A DNA stretch of 58,185 nucleotides, the filler included, from Catajapyx aquilonaris (lineage: Eukaryota): the NCBI GenBank assembly GCA_000934665.2. It is 3 parts of 3 records of this genome, joined end to end, with 100 filler letters (N's around TTAATTAATTAA, not from the genome) between each part and the next. Parts side by side here need not be neighbours in the genome. Positions count along the whole stretch, not along the records: positions 19,401 to 38,832 come from JYFJ02006511.1; 2 more parts are not named here. One strand, written 5' to 3'. The position numbers were made by a program, and so were the translations under genes. The number at the start of each line of letters is the position of its first letter. The stretch's first letter is position 1. The notes under the pieces are model-generated. The model saw nothing but the letters and a program-made list of their open reading frames with translations. It did not search any database and was not told where the DNA came from. Below are positions 23,617-35,944 of this stretch, in pieces.

Positions 23617-26600
23617 ATGGCTACATTTACGGCGGATCTCACTCCAGGTCAAAGGGAATCTTTGCATAAGGTAAGAAAAAATATGATCCCACTTGGTACA
23701 GCATGCAATATTGGTCTGTGGCATACAAGTAGCACTGGCTCTGCATAGGCTATATCTTTTCAATTTGCATTCAGAGAATCATTTTTATAATTAGGGATAT
23801 CCAACCCAGAGGTGCTGCATTGTTATTAGGCCGTGTTGCATGCATTATGCATGTACTATACATACTGATGTATAATTACTTATCATGACACTTTCTTAGG
23901 CAAAGCAAATATTTGATCCCAATAAGACTATTGCTTCAAGGTCATCTATATCAATATAATTAGAACTGGTCATTATTAGCCATATTAATTCACAAAAATA
24001 TACACAATTTGCTCTCTCATTGTCAGCTTCGGGAACTGGTGTCGGACATTACGAAGCCGAAACACCATGATGCCTACCTCGCTCGATGGTTGAAAGGTAA
24101 TGTAATGTTGTATTTAAAAATGCGGTACATTTTCGCAAATAAATCAGATTTTTTTGAACAGAAAACTGAAAATGACAGCCGCTATTTTGTTGCAGCTGAG
24201 AACTACAAGCCAGAAAAAGCTGCAAACAAATTCAGAGAGGTGAGAGGGTACTAGAAATAATAATTATTGCTCATAAATGCGAACATTCAAATGTTTCTGG
24301 AATGTTTTACATTAGAAGACTCATTAGAATAAGCTAGCATTATATTATGCTGCAAATACTTTCAGCACTGCAAATGGAGGAAGGAGTACGGCATAGACAA
24401 CATTGACAAGGAATGGAATCCTCCACAATATATTAAACCATTATCCGAATTTACTTATGTCGGATTTTCCAAGGATGAAAGCGCCAGTGAGTCATTTTTA
24501 TTGATTTGATTTTTGGGATAGAGTCTGCTTTAAGGAAACATAATTTTCCACTAATTAATTCACAGTACATTGTGACAGTGTTTATTATTTCATGACAAGA
24601 AATAGCATACGAAGTTAATCCTTCACAGTTTCGATAATCCCACTCGGTTACTGGGACGTCAAAGGATTATTGCAGTCGATGAATGCAGAAGACCTTATCC
24701 TGTCTATTCTGTGCCAGCATGTACGAACAACTTTTGCCTTGGACAAACTCAGCGAGGAAAAAGGACGCTATATTTGGAAACATATTATTATCATTGATAT
24801 GGAAAATGTTGATTACTACACGGCATTTTATAAGGCAGGTAATATCCTGACATTTTGTGAGCATAACTACTGCATTATTAAAACATAAAAGGCATAATTA
24901 TGCTGATAGTGTTTAGTTATAGAACAATTTATTACAGCGCAGGTCAGAAATATATTATTCTGAGAAAATGCAATAGTTCATAATTGTGATGAATAATATG
25001 GAGGCCTTTATGCACAAAGGAACCAGGTGTCATGTGAGTTACATGACACCTGGTTCCTTTGTGCATAAAGGCCTCAATCATTAATTTTAAATCAATCAGT
25101 CTCAAAACTATGCCATTGCACTTATCTGATCATTCTTCAGTTCTGACTTTCAACCATTGAGTGTAATAATGCGATGTTTTGTCGACTTTTCCCTTTTCAG
25201 CCTGGAAAGTGGCATTTAAACTTTCAAAACTAATTGCAGATCATATGCCCGATATACTAACTTCTACCTACTTCATCAACTGTAAGTGCTGAACCTCCAT
25301 TTTACAAAGTGACACAATTTATATGTCTGAGTGAGACCCTTGACCGAGACACATTCATACGTACACAGGTCCTTCATTTGTTTGCAAAGCCATCTCAATA
25401 GCCACACAATTAGGCATAGCCGAAAGTATAACCAGCCTACTCAAAGTGTACGGCACTGATAGGTCCACGTGGGTACCTGCTCTGCTCGAAGTGATGGAAC
25501 CAGATCAATTGCCAGCCTATTGGGGTGGGTCACAGGTTGACCCCAAAGACGGTGACCCCAAATGTCCATCCAAGGTATGTAACAAGACACTCTTCGTCGC
25601 TGTGGAGTCAAAACCACGTAACTCGAATAATACTAATTTTTCAGGAGAGCAAAAAAACTAAATACAAAAATTACACTTGCATTGAGATTTAATTGCTTCA
25701 CCTGGCCATATCTTCGCTCCTATTGGGCAAAAAATTACGCCGTTTTGATGGGCAGATGCAGCGCAATATCCCTGATTTTCAGGATCAAAAACCCGAAATC
25801 GGCCGAAAAGCGAGTTACGCGGTTTTGACTCCACAGCGACGTCTTGCCTTTGTACTTTTCTCAGCCAATCTCTTCAGTGGCATACTGGTATGTGAACGCT
25901 ATAAAAGTATAATCATGATTATTTTTCTCCTTAATAAAGGTGTGCGTTCGATGCGAGATTCCACAATCTGTTTACATCAAGAACAAGTTGAGTTTAATAA
26001 AGAAAAGTCTGACGAAAGCAATCGTCGAACATGGAGGAACTCTTAAAATTAGTAGAAATGTGAAAATTCCAGGATCAGAACTAAGGTAATAACGTTGATT
26101 GTGATGGTGATGGGGACGATAATTAATCTTATTGCAGGTGGTCCTTCTACTCGGACGCCCAAGATGTAGATTTGTCCATTCGTCATCAGTTGTCCGATGG
26201 AACTGAGGAAATAATTGTGGAGACATCTCGATTGCAGTGCTTTTATACTTTGATTCAGGGAAAAATAATCTGCAAAAAGAAGGGATTGTGTGAGTATGTT
26301 ATTGGTTTACTTTACACAATGCTGCTAAATTATTTTAGGGAGTTGGCAAATTGCTTGTACTTTCGGACTTATGTTTCTTTAGATTTTCAAAATCTCAAAC
26401 TCTCTTTCTCTCTTGCCACTTGATATTGGCGGCGTTGGCATCAGTTTTTTTTTAAAAAAAAACATAAGTTTCCTTTGGTTCTACTGGGTGGTACGCATAT
26501 AATAGGGCAGAACAAAATATCTGACAGTGAGACTGAGTTGATTTCACCTTCATCGCGAAATAATGATACGTATTTACTGTTACCAGTTAACTCCCTAGAT

Positions 26601-26894
26601 TAATAAGTTCATGTCATTTTTTTTAATTGTCAAAATTGCCGAAAGAAACGGATAGTTTGATCAATTCGCTTGGAGCCTAAAAAAGAGATGAAGTGAAAAA
26701 ACGTATCACTTACATTTTACACTAATTTTAACCCAACATTATTTTTTTACCCTGTCAATAGATTTACCTAAGGTTAGCTTGACTCACCCTATGTTAATTT
26801 TTCTCTCATTTCAGACACAGCTATATTTGACAACAGCTATTTCCGGCTAAGAGACAAAACTCTTCATTTTGCACTGGAAGTTACTCCGCCATGA
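23617..26894 (+). CDS. SEC14-like protein 2-type lipid-binding protein (CRAL-TRIO + GOLD), copy B, 10 coding exons
   Basis: MATFTADLTPGQRESLHK|LRELVSDITKPKHHDAYLARWLK|AENYKPEKAANKFRE|HCKWRKEYGIDNI parallels the SEC14L2 N-terminus; QLPAYWGG; GOLD domain ending FDNSY...EVTPP*. Canonical splice sites. Confidence 0.9.
25001..25075. mobile_element. 75-bp perfect hairpin insertion (35-bp arms, 5-nt loop)
   Basis: gaggcctttatgcacaaaggaaccaggtgtcatgt-gagtt-acatgacacctggttcctttgtgcataaaggcctc; absent from the paralogous intron of copy A (~21555). Confidence 0.85.
25595..25841. mobile_element. MITE with ~31-bp TIRs and 4-bp target duplication (TCTT)
   Basis: tctt|cgtcgctgtggagtcaaaaccacgtaactcg...cgagttacgcggttttgactccacagcgacg|tctt. 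The empty site (gacactcttgcc) is seen in copy E at ~35091. Confidence 0.85.
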
Positions 26895-27412
26895 GTATAG
26901 TAATGTACGGACAAGTAGATGTCAACAGTTGCATGTTGTAAATATAAATAAAATTAAGCAGATATCAGTTTTGGGTTTCGAAGGGCTTAATCCGCTTTAG
27001 AAAATAATAGCACCTCCACAACAGATGATCCATCAGAGAGAAATTCACGATGATCACGATTTCACATCACTCCTTTTGCTCAGATGTTCTGCAATTTATG
27101 TCAAGGACTTCAGTTATCAGTCCCGTTCCCTCACCCAATCCCAGCAGATCTGCTCAAAGACCAAACAAACATTTTTGTAGGCTACATAATCGCTAGAAGG
27201 TCATCACAGTTATATCTAAAGGGAAGTACTATACATCAATCTATCAAGGTTGCTGCAGTGCGTTGAAATACAGTACGTGTATCTATTGCAGGCGATTCAT
27301 GTGGATCTTTCCCACGTAAGTACTTGCGACGATGCACATATTGTTGAGTTATTATAAAGCGAATTGTTGTCAATTTCGATGGATTCAGTGACTTATACCC
27401 AAAGGCTTAGAT

Positions 27413-30059
27413 ATGGCTACATTTACGGCGGATCTCACTCCAGGTCAAAGGGAATCTTTGCATAAGGTAAGAAAAAATATGATCCCACTTGGTACAGCAT
27501 GCAATATTGGTCTGTGGCATACAAGTAGCACTGGCTCTGCATAGGCTATATCTTTTCAATTTGCATTCAGAGAATCATTTTTATAATTAGGGATATCCAA
27601 CCCATAGGTGCTGCATTGTTATTAGGCCGTGTTGCATGCATGATGCATGTACTGTACATACTGATGTATAATTACTTATCATGGCACTTTCTTAGGCAAA
27701 GCAATTATTTGATCCCAATATCTATATCATTATAATTAGAACTGGTCATTATTAATTCCACAAAAATATACACAATTTGCTCTCTCATTGTCAGTTTCGG
27801 GAACTGGTGTCGGATATTACGAAGCCGAAACACCATGATGCCTACCTCACTCGATGGTTGAAGGGTAATGTAATGTTGTGTTTAAGCACATTGTTACAAA
27901 AATAATAAATTAGATTTCTTGGACAATGAACTGAAAACTCAGCCAATGTTTTGTTGCAGATGAGAGATACATTCCGGAGAGGGCTGCAGCCAAGTTCAGA
28001 GAGGTCAGAAAAGTTTGCTCGACTAATGTAAATGCATATACTTTCAATTATTGCACACGAATGTTTAACTTTACAGTAGACGCCGCATAGGAATTGGCTA
28101 AGCATTATATTATTATGTGGTACTGTATACTTTCAGGACTGCAAATGGAGGAAAGAGTACGGCATAGACAACATCATTCAGGACTGGAATCCTCCTGATT
28201 ACATTAAACCATTATCTGAATTTACTTATGTCGGATTTTCTAAAGATGAGAGCTCTGGTGAGTAATTTTTATAGAGCAGATTATTTTGCGAGGAAGTGTC
28301 TGCTTCAAGCACACACCATAATGAATTCACAGTACAATATGACAGTGTTTATTAGTGCCCAGAAATTGCATACAAATAATGTTAGTCCTTCGCAGTTTGG
28401 ATAGTCCCACTCGGTTGCTGGAATATCAAAGGAATATTGCAGTCGGTGAATGCAGAAGACCTTGTCCTGTCTCTTCTGCAGTTGTACACGCGAACCACTC
28501 TTGCCTTGGACAAACTCAGCGAGGAAAGAGGACGATACATTTGGAAGGAGATAGTTATCCTTGACATGGAAAACGTTGACTACTACACTGCATTTTATAA
28601 GACACGTAAGAGCAGTCGTAAAAATAATTATTTTCTGACATTTGTGAGCGAAATTAAATTTAAAAAGGTACAGTGCAAAGGCTTTAGGCGCATACACGTA
28701 TTTTGCTGATAGTTTTTATGTAGCTATACATTGCTTAGAGTGCAGTTCAAAAAATGCTTCGGGGGAAATGCAGACTTCATATGAAGAATAATGAAATGAA
28801 GGATTTAAAAACTCTCATGTCTAAAAACCATGCCATTTTAACCTTTTCTTTTTCAACCTTTGCTTTTTCAGTTTGGAAATTTACATTTAAAGTCTCAAAA
28901 ATAGTAATAGACCATTTCCCTGACGTATTAACTTCTGTCTACGTCATCAATTGTAAGTAAAATTTCCATTTTACAAACTAACGGAATTTTTCTGAGCAAG
29001 ACCCTTGACAGAGACACCTGTCATACACACAGGTCCTTCATTTGTATGCAAAGCAATCTCAATCATTAAACCCCTCCTGCCAACAATTGTAAGCAGCAAA
29101 GTCAACGTGTACGGCACTGATCGGTCCACGTGGGTACCTGCTCTGCTCGAAGTGATCGAACCAGATCAATTGCCAGCCTATTGGGGTGGGACACAGGTTG
29201 ACCCAGAAGACGGTGACCCCAAATGTCCTTCCAAGGTATGAATCAGTCACACTTCTTTTGCCTCTGCACTTTACAGTAACAAGATTTCAGAAATGATGTG
29301 TGTTCATTGTCTAATATTTTTTGCTTGCCTATAAAGGTGTGCGTCCGTTGCGAGATTCCTGAATCACTTCATATCAAGAACAAATTGAGCTTAATAAAGA
29401 AAGGTTTTACGAAAGCAATTGTTGAACATGGAGGAACTCTCAAAATTAGTAGAAATGTGAAAATACCAGGATCAGAGCTAAGGTGTAACATTTATGATGA
29501 TCATGATCATGATCATTATTATTATTATTATTGCAGGTGGTCCTTCTATACTGACTGCCATGACATCGACTTTGCTATTTGTTATCAGTTGCCAGATGGA
29601 ACCATGGAAATGATTGTGGAAAAGTCTCGAATAAAATGCTTTTATTCTCTGGTTCAAGGAAAAGTAATCTGCAAAAACAATGGGTCATGTGAGTTATTGC
29701 TTTACACAATAAAGAAGTGTCTCCATTCTGAACGGATAGTAACGCTGTCACATCGTTGATTCTACTCATAACTCTTCAGTTATGCTCAGTATTCAGAGGT
29801 AAACACCCGTACATAGCTTGTGCTATGAGGTTTTAAGTTCTTGACATTTTCTCACCCTTACATTAGTGATTATTTGACACATAAATACGTAATTATTTTG
29901 ATCCAACGGAGCACCATCTCGGGGGATGGCCATGAACGATTGACTCACCATAAATGTTATACGTTTTCTCTCATTGCAGACGTAATTATATTTGACAACA
30001 GTTATTTCCGGCTTAGAGACAAAATTCTTCACTATTCTCTGGAAGTTACTCCGCCTTAA
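27413..30059 (+). CDS. SEC14-like CRAL-TRIO/GOLD protein, copy C
   Basis: Same 10-exon layout, ATG 27413, ends YSLEVTPP-TAA; no disabling lesion noticed. Confidence 0.9.
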
Positions 30060-31107
30060 ATGTCACATTTACACAGGCAAGTAAGTCTCAATATTATTTA
30101 TGACCCTCCTCTATATAAGTGTAAAAGTTTTTTCAATGCCTCCTCTCCTGTTTCCTCGATCAGCTCTGGAGGAAGCAAAAATCCTTATTTTCCAGTGTTC
30201 CTAAGTTCAACAGTGTATGACATAATTCAAATGATATCCTCAAGAAAAGTAAAATAGCATCATGGATTACTCTTGAAAACGATGCGGTTACTGGCAAATC
30301 TAAGAAAAGGCTCGAGAGGGTTCTGGATTCAAGAGGTTACTGCTGTGATGTGTTCCTGAAGAAATATACTCTTTATAATATTATTAGGCTATGTAATGAC
30401 ATGGTTACTAACACTAAGTATAACATGGTTATTTTGTGAATGTTCTTTTTAAAAATAAGCCAGAAACAAAACTGTACATAGCTTTCCAAAAGGACCAAAA
30501 GATTCCTTCCTCACATCGAGGATTCTAATGCTGTCCCCAGCTGCAGGGTTGTTCGCATAGTATATTTTTTTGTTCATGGCAACTGATAAATTGAAACTGA
30601 GTGATATTATTTTGCAGTAGGATAATACGACAACTGGAGTGTCTTTTCTGTTAATGAAGACGGAATTGTAAGGAAAATAAAATATACTGCATATCAGTCA
30701 GATTACTTGTGACAGTATAAAAATATTTTATGGATATTATATGCACTAGTATCCTGTTATTCACATCAATCATTGGAAAGCTCATCAATTTTAGTAGGCA
30801 TTCCAGTGCTGTTCATAACCACATCATATAGTTTAAGGTTAGGCATCTGTATCGAGCATTCGCAAATTTCCGCACTATACGGATTTTAGCTAAATTATGA
30901 AACCCACGGTGAGATGACCTCAACACGTGACACTGAAGATGAGAAAACATTTTGCAGCAGTTATTGTCAATAACTACAGAAGAATATTATCACGCCAAAA
31001 CAATATTGTGATTATTTTACAAGATAAAGAAACATCATTTTACATTCACGTACAGTATTATAGTTTCGCCTCAATGTGTTGCATGACATGCAAACTGGGC
31101 AATAAAT

Positions 31108-32710
31108 CACCTTCATTTATGTGCAAAGCAATCTCAATCATTATTAAACCCCTCCTGTCAACAGGCAGCAGAGTCAAAGTGTACGGCAATGATCGGTCCA
31201 CGTTGGGTATCTGCTCTGGTTGAAGTGATCGAACCAGATCAATTGCCAGCTTTTTGGAGTGGCACACAGGTTGACCCAGAAGACGGTGACCCCAGATGTC
31301 CATCCAAGGTATGAATCAGACAAGCTTTTCCTTTGTACTTTACAGTACCAACCACTGCGCAGTGACATACGTTTACTCTGTAAATGCCTTATTCGTATTT
31401 GTTTGCTTTCTTAAAGCGGGTGTCCATCGGATTCAATATTCCACAATCGCTTTACACGAGGAAAAACGGCATATCCCAACCGACTTGCAACCGACCTCCG
31501 ATTTTGAGATTGTAGTGCTTTTGTACTCTCCTGCCATCTACCTTTCATGTGCTGAAGTCCCAATAATGAATTGGGATAATTATGCCAAATCTCACATATT
31601 CCACTTGTAAAAATGGTCCGCAATGGAAAATCCTAACTTGTATTCTCTTGCAACACAAAGAGCTGTTTATCTCAAAATGAACTCCGGTTGGGATGCGCCG
31701 TTTTTCCTCTCAGCGAGCGCCTCAATTGAGTTTAATAAAGAAAAGTCTGACAAATTGTCGAATATGGACTCTCGTGCATAGTTGGGTCGTCTCTGGCTTC
31801 GTCTCGGGTGTCTCCTTGACTAACCACGCACCCGGGGGAGTTCACAGAATGACCACAGCAAAGACATTGCACTTGCACATCCCTTCCCGTCTATGCGGAC
31901 ATAGTATTCGTCATCAGTTGCCCGATAGATCCCATCAGGAAACTGTGCAAATAACTGGTAGACCTATATATACTGTAGGCTATATTGCTTTTACAAGGAA
32001 AAGTATTTTGCAAAGAGAAAGGATTACAAGTGTGAGTTACTCCTTTACACAATAAAGAGTTGTCACCATTTTTAACTAATAGTATAACTTTTAATTAACA
32101 AGTCAGTAGTATATACTAAGTTTATGCTACTCAGCACTGATCAGTTATCCAGCATGTTGAAAAGGGTTTTTTTTTCTTTGGGATATAGTTTACTTGCAAT
32201 TTTTTAATCTAAATATTATTCTGCGTGATATCGGCGATGTCGGCATGAAACGTTTGCAATACGCTGCACAGTTAAATGAGACAGAACAATATGTCAATTT
32301 CTGCCAGAGTCAAACTTTGGACTATTGCAAGTCTATGCAGTCGGAGCGAAAAATTGCGAAATCCTGACCTTTAGACAAGCCCGGCAACCCGACCTGCACC
32401 GTATTGTGGAAATGTACAGTATGCACAGAGAGTAATGACCAGAATACAGCCCGTCACATGATTTTTTATCATGCAAGTTGTGATTTCCTAATTTCTACTC
32501 CGACTCTTGCTCAGACTATACATTTCACCAAGAGCTGATTTCACACATATTTTGGGCCAATAAGGACCTGTTGGGAAATGGACATGAACGTCTGACTCAC
32601 CCTGATTGATATTTTTCCTCCCATTTCAGACATAATTATATTTGACAACAGTTATGTCCCGCAAAGGGACAAAAATTCTTCACTTTTTACTGGAAGTTAC
32701 TCCGCCTTAA
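31108..32710 (+). pseudogene. SEC14-like pseudogene (copy D, 3' exons only)
   Basis: Homologous exons 7-10 with frameshifts (cggtccacgttgggtatc, gggacaaaaattc), a lost acceptor and insertions within exon 8/9. Confidence 0.85.
31458..31709. mobile_element. TIR element (GAG...CTC ends) inserted in an exon of the SEC14 pseudogene
   Basis: gaggaaaaacggcatatcccaaccga...tccggttgggatgcgccgtttttcctc; splits the exon sequence ccacaatc..tttaca / ttgagtttaataaag. Confidence 0.7.
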
Positions 32711-33256
32711 TAACTTTTTTGGACGTTCCAATCGCATGCCCTTCACACACCTCACCCACGTTTACTTCCTAGCCGCTGTCTGCCATGGGCTGGATTTTTC
32801 AATGAGCTGAGCGAGCTAAAAATAATAATCAGAAATTCATGCGCATCACGGTGTCATAGGTCTCCTTTTGACCAGACGTCCTGGACTTACAGCATGTAAA
32901 CATATAAGTTATTGACTTATTATCAGTTACTTTCCCTCACCCAATTGCAGATCTGCTCTTATAGGACCAAACATGCATTTATTTACAAAATCGCTAGAAG
33001 GTCATCACAGTTATATCTAACTGAAAGTGGGCATCAACCTATAGGTTGATGCCCACTATCAGTATAGACTATATAACTGTGACGATTGCTGCAGTGGGTT
33101 GCATTGCATTATCTGTTGCAGACGATTCATTTGAACCTCGTAAGTAGGCTCTACTTGCTATTATACGATACACACAGTCATATTGCCGTATCTTACTAAA
33201 GAGAATTGTTGTCAATTTCGATATATTAAGTGATTTACCCAACGCCGCATACAACT

Positions 33257-35348
33257 ATGGCTTCCTTTACTGTGGACCTCACTCCAAGTCAGAAGGAATC
33301 TTTAAAGAAGGCAAGAACATTTTATTCATCATGGTACCCCATCCTACATGTATTGGCCAATGTGGTATGCAAATAGTATTGGCTCAACATATTCCCTTGC
33401 AATTTACACTACATAAATTATTTATAAATACGGACGCTCGTATAACCCAGAAACATTATCATTTATATTTATTCCTATTTTTTAAATTAGACCATATGCA
33501 CGTTATTACTACGTGTACAGTAATAGCATACCTCCAACATGTGATTGCTACATATGGGCCTTTCGGGGAAATACAATTAGTCGATCATCATAATTTAATC
33601 CCCAAAAAGATAATTATTGCGTCAATATTATAATTATGTCATTATAGTAAGAACTGGTTATTATTAATCATGTTAATTCCACCAAAATAACCCCGATTTG
33701 CTCCCTCAGTTCCGGGAGCTGGTGTCGGACATTGCAAAACAGGAACATCATGATGCCTACCTCACTCGATGGTTGAAAGGTAAGGAATTGTAATGTTGTC
33801 TTTAAGCACATTGTTGTAAATTAATTCGATTTCTCGAATAATTGACAAAATATAATAACCCATATTTCGTCGCAGCTGAGAACTATGCAACAGAGAGAGC
33901 TGCAGCCAAGTTCAGAGAGGTCAGATATTGCACAAGACAGTTCATGGAAACCGTGCATTCAAATGCAATGGAATCCAACTTTACAGTAGACGCCGCATAG
34001 GAATTGACTATAGCATTAGATTATAATATAGTACTCTACTTGCAGCACTGCAAATGGCGGAAAGAGCACGACATAGACAACGTCATCAATGAACGTAAAC
34101 TTCCAGACGATTTCAAACAATTACTGGAATTTGATTACGTAGGGTTATCAAAAGATGAAAGCGCCGGTGAGTTGTTATATTGTAACGTGGATTATTTTGT
34201 AAGAAAAAGTTTTCTTCAGGAATATGTCATTTTGAATCTAACAAATTGACAGTACATATTGTAATAGTTTGTTAAGCATTTGATCCCAGGAAATAGCATA
34301 AAACATTAATCCTTCGCAGTTTGGATACTCCCACTCGGTTGGTGGGATGTCAAAGGATTGGTGCAGTCGGCCATTACGGAAGACCTTGTCCTATCTGTTG
34401 TATATCTGGAGGTCAGAAGCAATCTTTCATTGACCAATCTCAGCGAGGAAAAAGGCCGCTACATTTGGAAACATATTGTTATCCTTGACATTGAAAACCT
34501 TGACTACTACACGGCATTTTATAAGACAGGTAACAGCAGCAAATATTTCCTGGCATTTGTAAGCATAGTTATAAAATATTTAAAAAATGGCGCAGGAGAA
34601 AACCATCTCGTTGCACTACTATATGTTTTGCAGTTCTGACTTTCAACTGTGAGTATATACAGTGCAGTAATGCGATAATAATATATTATCGTCTTCGTTT
34701 GCCTTTTCAGTCTGGAAATTGGTAATTAAATTAGCACAGCTACCAATAAATCATATGCCTGACATATTAACTTCTGTCTACGCCATCAATTGTAAGTTGA
34801 ACTGCCACTTTACAAAACATAATAATCCTTTGAGCTAGAACCTTGACCTATAAACACCTGAATCTCATACCCACAGGTCCTTCATTTGCATGCAAAGCAA
34901 TCTCAATCATTAAAACACTCCTTCCAACAAGTATCGCCAGCAAAGTCAACGTGTACGGCACTGATCGGTCCACATGGGTACCTGCTCTGCTCGAAGTGAT
35001 CGAACCAGATCAATTGCCAGCCTATTGGGGTGGGGCACAGGTTGACCCTAAAGACGGTGACCCCAGATGTCCTTCCAAGGTATGTAACAGGACACTCTTG
35101 CCTTTGCACTTCGAAGTAACAATAACGTACTTCAGAAATGATGTGTGCTCATTAGGTTCACTCCGCTCTACTAATATTTTTGTCATTGCAAAGGTGTGCG
35201 TCCGTTGTGATATTCCTGAATCACTTCACATCAAGAACAAATTGAGTTTAATGAAGAAAATATGTCTGACGAAAGCAATTCTCAAGCACGGAGGTACTCT
35301 CAAAATTAGCAGAAAGGTGAAAATACCTGGAACAGAACTAAGGTGTGA

Positions 35349-35439
<91 letters not shown>

Positions 35440-35944
35440 TCAGGTGGTCCTTCTACTCGAACGGCCACGATGTAGATTTTTCTGTTAGTCATCAGTTGCC
35501 CGATGGAACCGAGGAAATAATTGTGGAAACTTCTCGAATAGATTGCTTTTATTCTCTGGTTCAGGGAAAAGTAATCTGCAAAAACAGTGGGTCATGTGAG
35601 TTATTGCTTTACACAATAAAGAAGTGTCTCCATTCTGAACGGATAGTGTAACGCTGTAGAAATTTGTTGATGCCACTCAGCAGTCAGCACTCTTCAGTTA
35701 TGCAGCATATTCAGAGATAAACACCCTAATAGACAGTAGCTTGTGTCATGAGGTTTTAGGTTCTTGACATTTTTTCATCGTTACATTTGAGCCAACCGAG
35801 CTCTCTCTTGGGGAATGGAAATGAACGTATGACTCACCCTGCATGTTTTATGCTTTCTTTTCAGACATAATTACATTTGACAACAGCTATTTCCGGCTAA
35901 GGGACAAAATTCTGCACTACTCTCTGGAAGTTACTCCGCCTTAA
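33257..35944 (+). CDS. SEC14-like CRAL-TRIO/GOLD protein, copy E (GC donor in intron 1)
   Basis: MASFTVDLTPSQKESLKK|FRELVSDIAKQEHHDAYLTRWLK... through ...LHYSLEVTPP-TAA. First donor is AAG|gcaaga. Confidence 0.85.
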
